From NCBI RefSeq assembly GCF_001194135.2, contig NC_068988.1:31004515-31037091 (forward strand): a stretch of DNA of 32,577 nucleotides. The letters run 5' to 3'. Shown here piece by piece: positions 23,158 to 32,577 of this stretch. The notes beneath the pieces were generated by a model. The model ran no database searches. It was given only the letters and a program-made list of their open reading frames with translations, and had not been told where the DNA came from. Within the stretch, counting starts at the first letter, position 1. Each line of letters begins with the position of its first letter. This DNA is from Octopus bimaculoides. Lineage: Eukaryota. The position numbers and the translations under genes were made by a program.

Positions 23158-23206
23158 ATGTGTGTGAATATGTTGGTATGTGAATATTTGTGTGTGTGTA
23201 TGTATA

Positions 23207-23382
23207 TATATCATCATCATCATCATCATCATCGTTTAATGTCCGCTTTCCATGCTAGCATGGGTTGGACGATTTGACTGAGGACTGGTGAAACTGGATG
23301 GCAACACCAGGCTCCAGTCTGATTTGGCAGAGTTTCTACAGCTGGATGCCCTTCCTAACGCCAACCACTCAGAGAGTGTAAT
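23207..23382 (-). mobile_element. Retroposon 3' terminal module, inverted relative to 22016-22170
   Basis: (CAT)n CGTTTAATGTCCGCTTTCCATGCTAGCATGGGTTGGACG..GGATGCCCTTCCTAACGCCAACCACTC. Confidence 0.88.
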
Positions 23383-24281
23383 ATATATATATATATATAT
23401 ATATATNNNNNNNNNNNNNNNNNNNNNNNNNNNNNNNNNNNNNNNNNNNNNNNNNNNNNNNNNNNNNNNNNNNNNNNNNNNNNNNAACTCTACGTGACGT
23501 TTAGTGGAACTAGAACTAGAAAAATAAATACAAAAATGAAATAATCCAATAAAAATACTAACTCCATGTAGAAAATAATTACAACCAAGGATTTTTTTTT
23601 GAGAAAATCTTCACTAAAAATGTAATATTAAATCAAATTAAATAGTCCCTACAGACATTCTGCATGCTCAGCATTATTGTGTGATCCTTTCTCTGAAATT
23701 GGTTACATTTTCAGTTTATGAACTTTTAAAATAAATACTAAACTAAAAAAGGAATAAAAAGATGCTTTTTTCCATGATTGTTCAATGCAAAAACCTATTG
23801 CATGTAAATATCTGTATTTAAAAATAAAGGTAGTTTTCTATATTTTAACTTTTGTTTTATTATTATTTTCAATTACATTTAAGTAACATTAATGTATTTG
23901 CTATCTTTATTGACAACATGGCTATATTAATTTACTAATGTTACCGTACTACTTTGTGAACATTCTAACACATCATAGAGGCCTGATTGATATCAACATT
24001 GTCATTCAGTGTTAGTATGAAAGTGTGTGTGGTATCCACAATATGTGTGAAGTATTATTACTGCTAAAAACAGTAATAATGAGGTGGCTAGCAAGACTTC
24101 TACCTAAACAGGTATAAAATATTTAAAGAAAAGAAGGGTAAAGATATCACTTGCTAAAAAATTAAAGCAAAAACTTCAAAAAACTATCAATTCTACGATA
24201 ACTACACACATGAGCAATGTAATGAGTATTTTTTAAAATAGGCCTACCTTCAGATTCCATCCTTTACCCTTCTTTCCTTTA

Positions 24282-24315
<34 letters not shown>

Positions 24316-24322
24316 AAAAGTA

Positions 24323-24594
24323 CTGTAAAGGCAGAATTATAAATAAGAAATAGTGGTACAACAAGGCACCAATGTTTGATGGAAATAGCAGTCAATAATG
24401 ATACGATGCTATGTAAAGCTTCACTGAAATGTATACTGGCAAAGATGTATGTGGGCAGCGAACTTAAAATATTTTCCTCAGTATATATTTCAGTGAAGTT
24501 TTACATAGCGTTGTATCACTATCAACTGCTATTTCCAGCATACATTGGTGCCTTGTTGTATCACTATTTCTTATTTATAATTCTACCTTTATGG
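24323..24594. mobile_element. 272-bp fold-back MITE (Tc1/mariner/pogo-like)
   Basis: 116-bp arms at 24323-24438 and 24479-24594, about 13 mismatches, no indels, 40-nt spacer; TA left flank, TG right flank. Confidence 0.9.
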
Positions 24595-25315
24595 TGATTT
24601 ATTTGGCTGGAAAGTGATACTATAGTATTGCAATGATATATGATATTTAGAATTTTTATAGAAAACACTTTCACTAGATTATGCAGTAATTATTAAGATA
24701 ATCTTAATAACGGTCAACCACACAGTCATTTCCCTTAGTTTAACGGTCATTTTTCACAGGAATTTTCAATGGCCAGATAACTGAAGAGATGTTGGTGTGG
24801 GTTCCCACACTGGCATCCGAAACTCAGAGTTTTATCATGGCTACCGAATAAATGTCACATATTTTTACAGATATATATATATATTTTTGAGCGTCATACT
24901 AATATATACTTTTGTTATTTACACCACCTGTCCTCGTCTGTTGTTATTATTTGTATATTCTCCCATATATATATATATATATATATNNNNNNNNNNNNNN
25001 NNNNNNNNNNNNNNNNNNNNNNNNNNNNNNNNNNNNNNNNNNNNNNNNNNNNNNNNNNNNNNNNNNNNNNNNNNNNNNNNNNNNNNNNNNNNNNNNNNNN
25101 NNNNNNNNNNNNNNNNNNNNNNNNNNNNNNNNNNNNNNNNNNNNNNNNNNNNNNNNNNNNNNNNNNNNNNNNNNNNNNNNNNNNNNNNNNNNNNNNNNNN
25201 NNNNNNNNNNNNNNNNNNNNNNNNNNNNNNNNNNNNNNNNNNNNNNNNNNNNNNNNNNNNNNNNNNNNNNNNNNNNNNNNNNNNNNNNNNNNNNNNNNNN
25301 NNNNNNNNNNNNNNN

Positions 25316-25475
25316 CTATGGCTATGTTCCAGGTGATGCAAGGTTGAAGTGTGATAGAGGGATGGAAACAGGTGTCTTACTGTAAAGGAGAAACATAGTT
25401 ACCCCAGTTCAAGGGAGAGCAAGAGATAGCAAGAGCAAGAGATAGCAAGAGCAAGAGATAGCAAGAGCAAGAGAG
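25316..25475 (-). mobile_element. Fragment of the 6181-6650 family followed by a 16-bp minisatellite (GCAAGAGATAGCAAGA) x3
   Basis: Matches 6540-6620; the repeat is visible at about 25419-25472. Confidence 0.65.
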
Positions 25476-25889
25476 GGCCAGAGAGGTGGCAATGTGCCAA
25501 GGCATACTCTGAAGGTACATGGCAGTAAATATAAATGGAATGGTAAAGGATTATCCAGAATGCATGGACATGGAGTTCGGGAAAGTGGGGAAATGTAGTG
25601 AAACACTGGATATATGGTGTGAGTGTGTGTAGTGGAGCTGGTTGATGGGTAGGATAGCATTGATACAGCTAGCAATGGGGAGGACAAGATAGAGCTGCAG
25701 GAGTGGAAAGGGAGATATCAGAGGAGTGAATGAAGAAGAGATGTAGTTTGATTCATTAAGGTAGGGTGTGTGAATTAATGCTACATGTGTTTCTGTCCTC
25801 GTTTTTGATCACACTCTTCCTCTTCTTGTTCTTTCTTCTGGCTAGATAACCAAGTATCTCCTTTACATCAGCACACCTGTTTCTGTCCT

Positions 25890-26352
25890 CTTTCTTGTTA
25901 CTTCTCTCTTTCTCTCTGTCTGGCTGGGTAACCTCATCTGTAGGAAGATGTCTGTTTCTGTCTCTCTGCCATACTAGCCTTTCATTACCTGACACAAGAT
26001 CATCTCCTCCAAAGCACCCTCCCCTCTCAAAATTCCTTATCTTGCAAGTAATTTGGTGATCCTGCCAGTGCTGGTGCCACATAAAAAGCATCCAGTCTAC
26101 ACTATGAAGTGGTTAGCATTTGGAAAATCATCCAGCTATAAAAACCATGCCAAAACTGATCTTGCCTATGCTAGTGCCATGTAAAACATACTCAGTCCAC
26201 TCTGAGGGGCAGTTGGTGTTAGGAAGGGCATCCAGCCATAAAAACCATGTCAAAACAGACACAGTAGCCTGGAGTAGTCTTCTACCTGACCAGCTCCTGT
26301 CAAACCATCCAACCCATGCCAGCATGGAAGGCAGACATTAAATGATGATGAT
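25890..26352 (+). mobile_element. Short retroposon (family of 6181-6650)
   Basis: Collinear with the reverse complement of 6181-6650; (GAT)n tail. Confidence 0.8.
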
Positions 26353-26397
26353 GTGGGAGGAAAATACAGTGCTTCCAGAACTCACTTTTGCTGAGGT

Positions 26398-26520
26398 GGC
26401 CAGGTCTTCTCAAGAACTTCATCCCGGTCCATTATCTCTTCTGCGGGGCTCAACATCTTGAGATCAGCCCTCACTATTTCATCCCATATCTTCCTATTCC
26501 AACCTTGTCCATCTCTCACC
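26398..26520 (-). mobile_element. Small RTE-type LINE C-terminal fragment
   Basis: The - strand reads IWDEIVRADLKMLSPAEEIMDRDEVLEKT, homologous to 21450-21560. Confidence 0.6.
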
Positions 26521-26552
26521 TCACTGTCTGGTGACAATAGAGAAGTATTATT

Positions 26553-26753
26553 GGTTGTTGCTAAGGTGTCAAGCTAGCAGAATCGTTAGCATGCTGGGCC
26601 AAATACTTAGTAGCATTTTGTCTGCCACTATGTTTGCATTCAAATTCTGTTGAGGTTAACTTTGCCTTTCATCTAGTCAGGGTCAATAAATTAAGTAATC
26701 GACTCATCCCCTCCCCCAAAATGGCTGCCATTGTGGAAAAATTTGAAACCATT
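26553..26753 (+). mobile_element. tRNA-derived SINE
   Basis: GCTAGCAGAATCGTTAGCATGCTGGGC head, TTCAAATTC, GACTTTGCCTTTCATC-like core, AATTTGAAACCATT tail. Confidence 0.8.
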
Positions 26754-27989
26754 GCAGAGAAAGGTGACTCACAGCCATTAGCTGCTTTCAATAAGGATAA
26801 AACAGTTTCTTCTGCTCTCCTTGAAGCTGTGGGAATAGTAGCACTAGGATCTGTTGCTGTCGTTGCTTTTGGTCATTATCGACTTTCTATTGTTTTCTGC
26901 CTTTCCAGACCTTTGAGCAGAAAGACTTCAAGTTACTTTGATTGATGCATTTTAATAGCTGGGATTTCTATCCTGCACCACTAGTTTTATCACATTTATC
27001 TATGCATCAAAAATGGAATACAGCTCTGTGATATCATTGTAATTTTTGTAGTCATCAGGACCTACATATACATATAGACTACACTGTAATTTATAGTTGT
27101 CTCGGTATTCATTAGCAGCCCATACTGGGCTGAAAAGGTGGCAAGAAGTCAAGGTTCAATGTTACCTCTAACATTTCCTACAGTAGTCCTTGTATTATGT
27201 TATCCTACGTATTGTAGCACTAACCCATAGTCAAGTATGCGGAATACCACTTCAGCATCCTTTTAACCTCATCCTCAGTGTTGCAGACTAGGCACACATA
27301 CTTTCATTTGACCCACTCCTATCAATGGTGAATACATCATCTAGGATTTGAGAGAATAAAACTCTATCTGGCTTTTGTGAATCAGAGGCATATCCCCTTC
27401 TTCCTTACCCATTCTTAAATAAATTTTTCAAGTAAAGAGGCACCCACTTTTGTAGCATAAAGCTGTCATGCTTCTTTTTTGGATTGGATTCAACCTACAT
27501 CTAAAATCTCACTTTGGTATGAAATTTTAGTAAAAGAATTACTGTTAGTATTTTTAGTATCATATTGTTAATACTTTTGCTTAAGCTGTGGAAATTTGCA
27601 TTTTTGGGAGGCAATTTCTTGTTGTCTGTGAGAATGTGTTTGTTTCATTGTCACTTTTCTGAATATTCTATAAATTCTTTTAAATTTAATTTCATGTATT
27701 TTAAAATTGTCTTGTTTTCGGAGGGGTATCCAATGCCGTTTCTTTTGTTGTTTGCACAATAGAAGAAGACATATACAACAAATCATAAACACAAGAAAAA
27801 TTTTCTCAGGAAAATATAGTGTTTAAAGAAAGTTCTTTATAGAATCCCAATGCTTCACATGCACCAAAATCTTGTGTGCAAACTAATCCAAATGACAAAT
27901 TTGGCAGTATTTTAAATTTTCTGGGAAATGTCTGAAAACTTGTCCATTTATGCCAACATACAACAACAAAAAATTATTTTTATCCATTG

Positions 27990-27995
27990 TTTATT
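27990..27995 (-). terminator. Poly(A) signal of the PEBP-family gene
   Basis: AATAAA on the - strand about 170 nt after the stop, followed downstream by U/GU-rich TTTTTTGTTGTTGTATGTTGG. Confidence 0.6.
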
Positions 27996-28164
27996 ACTTG
28001 TTTATATGTTTTGAGTTCATAGATTGCAATATTAATAATAATTACTATTATCATCATCATTATTATTATTATTATCATCCATCATCACCATCATTATTAT
28101 ATATTTTATTATGTGACATCCCATAATACTTTAAAACCATTTTTGTTTAACATTTCCCAGTTCT

Positions 28165-28361
28165 TCAAATCTTTGATTTAGCAGAAACCAAGTATTGAAA
28201 ACTACTTATAACTTTTAACTCGTTGCTCTCTTCAAATTTTATGAAATCAAATAAACGATTTCCTGCTTGCACTGGTGGTGGTTTGAATTTATTGACATTT
28301 TCTCCATACAGAAAGAATTGATATCGATGGATACCTGAAGGTGGGCTCGGACCTCGATAGA
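28165..28361 (-). CDS. Terminal coding exon of a phosphatidylethanolamine-binding protein (PEBP family; PEBP4/OV-16/D2-like)
   Basis: Acceptor TTCTGTTTTTCTTTTTTTTTCTCACAG|TC (phase 1), then YRGPSPPSGIHRYQFFLYGENVNKFKPPPVQAGNRLFDFIKFEESNELKVISSFQYLVSAKSKI*. Contains the PEBP GPxPPxGxHRY motif and an RxxFDxxxF-like segment. Confidence 0.92.
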
Positions 28362-28789
28362 CTGTGAGAAAAAAAAGAAAAACAGAAGGATGTATGGTAG
28401 AGAAAAAGATATATTTCTGAATACATTTAATTCAGTATTTCTTAAAAAGATTTGAAACAATAGCAGCAGTAATGATAGTTTTAACCACTAGAAGTTTAGG
28501 AAGAAGTTAAGAATAAATCAGCAAGAAAAGCAGATATTATGGCATTAATGTTGATGATAATGATTGTAAACAAAGAAGTAGGAAAGATTTTCAAACATGC
28601 TGAATTAAAAAATACAAACATCAAGAATCAAGGGATGATCAGTGCAAATAGGAGGGCTTCGAAAATCTACCCTAGAAATGTGCTCTCTGCCAAAGGCCTA
28701 TTGTTAAGGTTTAATAGTTATTTTGAAAAAAGAAAGAAACAGAAATCCACTATGTTATAACCATATTGTACAATGAAATAATAATAATC

Positions 28790-29234
28790 CCCATCATCAT
28801 TTAATGTTTGCTTCTTTCCATGCTGGCTAGCAGGGAGCTGTCCAGACTCCAACTGTCTGTTGTGGCATGGTTTGTACAGCTGGATGTCCTTCTTAATGCC
28901 AACCACTTAACAGTGTGCTGAGTGCTTTTTACCAGCATGGGTGCATTAATGCAGCACCAGCATAGATGCACTAACACAGCACTGGTGTGGGTGCTTTTTA
29001 AGTGGCACTGGCACCTGAAAGGAAAAGCCTCTACATGTGGAAAACAGCAATCTTACTTAGCTTGATGTGTCTTATCAAGTACAGCATATTGCCACATCTC
29101 CTGGTCACTCATCATTTCCTCAGTGAGGCCTAGCATCTGAAGATCTTTTCTTACCGCTTTGCCCCATGTCTTTCTGGGTCCACCGTTTACACAGGTATCC
29201 CCTACAATTAGAGCTTAGGACTTCTTTACACAGT
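28790..29234 (-). mobile_element. 3' end of a second RTE-type LINE subfamily, in the PEBP intron
   Basis: The - strand reads VKKS*ALIVGDTCVNGGPRKTWGKAVRKDLQMLGLTEEMMSDQEMWQYAVLDKTHQAK*, then a short UTR and the shared GGCATT..GAAGGACATCCAGCTGT..CAGCATGGAAAG..ATGATG module. Confidence 0.85.
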
Positions 29235-29590
29235 TAATAATAATAATAATGAAGAAAGAATAAACAACTATAATGATTTAAAGTGGGAAATGCGAAGGTT
29301 GTGATCAATGAAGAGAGCAGACATGATACCAAAAGTAATTGGTACACTTGGAAGTATCAGCACTCAACTACCCTACCAACATGGCTGAAAAAGATCGGTG
29401 CAAGTGTGAAAGTAAAACACCTACAAAAATCAGCATTGCCTGGAACTGTAAGAATTCTTCGCAGGGTTCTTGAAGCACGACCAGTAAACAAGTGTCACCT
29501 TAGTCTGCTGGCTGTGGACAGCTGACACTTTCCATCATATCCAGCAAAATAAGCTGTTAGTTTTCATATAATAATGATGATGATGATTCT
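29235..29590 (+). mobile_element. 3' fragment of a restriction-like-endonuclease non-LTR retrotransposon (R4/Dong-like)
   Basis: EERINNYNDLKWEMRRL*SMKRADMIPKVIGTLGSIS, frameshift, WLKKIGASVKVKHLQKSALPGTVRILRRVLEA. Flanked by (TAA)n at 29235-29250 and ATAATAATGATGATG at about 29568-29590. Confidence 0.75.
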
Positions 29591-29648
29591 TTCTACTATA
29601 GGCATGAGGAAACTGGAGGAGTAGGCCTGATGGTTACATTGACCCCAG

Positions 29649-29733
<85 letters not shown>

Positions 29734-30070
29734 TCAAAAGATTTGAATTCCTTGGTACTCCGAGTTTCAAAGAGTTTCAGCTACTGGGAATTTGAAAGAA
29801 ATCAGTTGGAGTAAGTCAATAGTTATTACTGGAAGGTGGGCTGTGATTGGTCAAGAAAGGTCATGTGGTGTCACAATCTGATGTTGGTATTTCAGTGACA
29901 ATGATTAGCTGGAAAATACTGCATGGTGAACAGGAAATCAACCATGTTGTGGACAGGAAATCAGTCGAGTGGTTGGATGGGAAGTAGGAAGGGGCAGTGT
30001 GTGTGTGTGTGTGTGTACACACACACAAAATAACACATACATGGTGAGTAAGATTAAAAACATTACATAC

Positions 30071-30119
30071 CCATTTGGTCAGTAGACTCTGCATCAATGC
30101 CATCTTTCACATCAGCATA
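30071..30119 (-). CDS. 49-nt internal coding exon of the PEBP-family gene
   Basis: Acceptor TTTTTTTTTCCAG|, YADVKDGIDAESTDQM+G, donor |GTATGT. Phase-1 end joins TC of the next exon to give Val; position corresponds to PEBP4 GADLKKGKIQGQELS. Confidence 0.85.
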
Positions 30120-30594
30120 CTGGAAAAAAAAATCAACAAAAAAAACAAGTTAAATTATTTATATAGAGATTTGGATTCCTGCATATCTATAATGTATACA
30201 TAATCATCGCACACATACAGCATTGATGTATGCATATGCTTACATATGCACAGGCATGCAAAACAAGATTTTATGATAAAATGAAAACATCCAAATGTTT
30301 TGCTATATTATGACTAATATTCTTTCCCTATGTTTATATTGTGACATACCTGGCTTGTTACTTGCTAAGAACACAAAATTCTAAAGAAATGTTTGAAGAT
30401 GATAAATTGCTAGATATTCTGAAAGTGATCTATTCTAAATAGCTAAGAACAATCTGAGAATGATGCTTGTAATGTCAACAAAACAATAGTCCAACATAAT
30501 GAAAAGGCCCTGAATTATGACCTGGGTTGTCCTAAACCTTCTGAAAGAAGTCTGCAATCTGTTCAAAGACTTTTGGGGAACAATACCTGTTTAA

Positions 30595-30815
30595 CTCTTT
30601 AGCATTCAGATTACTTTATGAAATGTAATGCTTATTTATTCATTCACATTGTTTTGAATTCATCATGCATTATCTCATTGCTTTAATATTTCTGTGATGT
30701 GATTGTTTATTTTTAGTATGACGTTGTGTAGATGTAAAAGGCCATATTGGGCCAGTTTGAACATAAAACAGGTATAATATTTGGTCTGGACATGGCCAGT
30801 TTAAATGCTAAAGAG
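30595..30815 (+). mobile_element. piggyBac-like (TTAA) MITE, best-preserved copy
   Basis: TTAA|CTCTTTAGCATT...AATGCTAAAGAG|TTAA: perfect 12-bp TIRs and TTAA TSD. Confidence 0.9.
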
Positions 30816-31109
30816 TTAAATGCCTCAGATGTGGTAGGAAGAGTCAAAATTATCCCCCACACAAAAGAAAACTTCTTTATCAGCTTGTCATTATGGATGA
30901 TGACAAAAAGAACTTCAAGTTAGCTTTGATGATACATATATCTGGTTTTGCATGAGGGCTAAAAACATTATGTGAGCTTAAGATAAAAGAGGAGATTCAC
31001 AGACACACTCCATTCATTTCTGTTTTTCCTGTGCAGTTCAGGGTAGGTTTTGCTGGCCACTACCATTGCACTGAACACCTGGCCATATCAGATGTTATAT
31101 TTTGGAGAC

Positions 31110-32070
31110 TTCAGGCAAGCTGGTAGAATTGTTAGTATGTTGGCTGAAATGTTTAGCAGCGTTTCTTCCAGCTTTAGATTCTGAGTTCAGATTCCACCAA
31201 AGGTGACTTTGTCTTTCATTCTTTTGGGGTTGATAAAATAAGTATCAGTTGAACACTAAGATTGATCTAATCAATTTGATTCTTCTCACAATGTTGCTGA
31301 TCTTGTACTAAAATTTGAAAGAATGATTAAAGGCTGTGAATGGGTGGGATCATTGCAGTATCGGACAAAATGCTTAGCAGAATTTTTTTTAGCTTTATTT
31401 TCTGATTTCAAATATCACTGAGATTGACCTTGCCTCTTATCCTTTCAGAGTCAAATAAAATAGGTAGCAGTTGAGCACTGGGGTCAATGTAATTGACTAG
31501 CCCTCCCCTCAAATTTTCAGGCCTTGTGCCTATAGTAGAAAGGATATTCTGGTGATTTCTGCAGCTCGATAGAAAATGAAGACTATTCAACAACATTGAT
31601 GTTATTGGCAGAGAAACAAGATGAAACTGAGGGTTTATCAAAGCTAGTGAGGAACAAAGATCCTTAGTGTGTGGCATGGCAAATTGCATCACATTTGTAA
31701 CCACTGAGCATGCAGCAAGGAGAGAATACCTTTTAAACTACAACTAATATTGGTTTCAAATTTTGGCACAAGGCCAGACATCTTGGGGGAAGGGATACAT
31801 TAATCAAATGAATCCCAGTAGTCAACTGGTGCTTATTTTATGGATCCTTGTGGAATTTGAACTCAGAAAAGAGAAATGAAATACCCAGATGTGCTTACAG
31901 TTAAGCTAGCTCACCATCTTAAATACAACTAATATTGATTTCAAAATTTGGCACAAGGCTAGCAATATTGTGGTAGGTGGTAAGTCAGTTACATCAGTTT
32001 CAGTGTATGACTGGTACTTATTTTATTGACCCCAAAAGGATGAAAGGCAAAGCTGACCTCAACTAATCCG
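31110..32070. mobile_element. Cluster of four same-family SINEs (two +, then two -) in a PEBP intron
   Basis: + copies at about 31110-31330 and 31330-31545; - copies at about 31740-31880 and 31920-32070 (TTTCAAA(A/T)TTTGGCACAAGGC). Confidence 0.8.
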
Positions 32071-32336
32071 TACATTCGCCTATATTTATATACTAAACCA
32101 CCCTTGCTTGAAACACACACATGCTCACCCACATACTCGCCAAAAACTATACATATTTGTACACATATATATATATATATATACCCACATACACACCCAT
32201 GCACACAACAACCTCACACCCATACACACGCACGCAAAAAAATTATAGGGCTAAAAGCAAAAACAGAAGAAAGTGTGAGAAAGCTATAATGTTAAAACGC
32301 GTCTAATATACGCATATTTTTGCATATAAAAAATTC

Positions 32337-32526
32337 AAGTAAAAGGTATAGTAGGATAAAAAGCTTATACATAGACATAATATAGAAAGCAAATCCTATC
32401 AGTACAGTCCTATCAGCAAGTCCTATCAGTAAAAATATAAAAAATATATAAGAATCTAAGTAAAAAGTATAGAGAGATAAAAAGCTTATACATAGACACA
32501 ATATAGAAAGCAAGTCCTATCAGTAA
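32337..32526. repeat. ~120-bp tandem duplication with internal GTCCTATCAG triplication
   Basis: AAGTAAAA(G/A)GTATAG..GATAAAAAGCTTATACATAGAC..AATATAGAAAGCAA(A/G)TCCTATCAG occurs at 32337 and 32457. Confidence 0.85.
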
Positions 32527-32577
32527 ACTTAGATAACGGAAGCTATCAACTACTTCTAGTTTTTCTCCCTGGAATGT

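Noticed and set aside
26634-26945. 103-aa + strand ORF with a hydrophobic stretch
   Set aside because: The first half is SINE sequence, and the remainder has no recognisable motif or splice context.

Overview
This is AT-rich animal nuclear DNA with assembly gaps (N runs at about 1528-1935, 3423-3433, 4338-4437, 5247-5641, 9918-9927, 23407-23485, 24987-25315). The repeat families and (TA)n/(CAT)n density resemble an Octopus/coleoid cephalopod genome; this is inference from recall, not a search. Two genes face each other tail to tail. On the + strand is the last coding exon of a PLPP6-like PAP2 lipid phosphatase (13770-14149, all three catalytic motifs intact); its 5' half is not visible. On the - strand are the last two coding exons of a PEBP-family gene (30119-30071 and 28361-28165), which the ORF track misses; they join in phase and are followed by a poly(A) signal. 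The rest is mostly transposon debris: RTE-type LINE fragments, an R4/Dong-like fragment in a TAA repeat, many tRNA-derived SINEs, a Tc1/mariner remnant, hAT-, piggyBac- and pogo-like MITEs with recoverable target-site duplications, and a three-finger C2H2 ORF fragment. Most ORF-track entries are microsatellite or repeat artefacts. I found no convincing new biological system. The best leads are long fold-back structures, a higher-order minisatellite in a LINE 3' UTR, a 3' module shared by LINEs and short elements, a candidate bidirectional promoter and a sharp CpG mosaic. Repeat boundaries are by eye and approximate unless a TSD is given.
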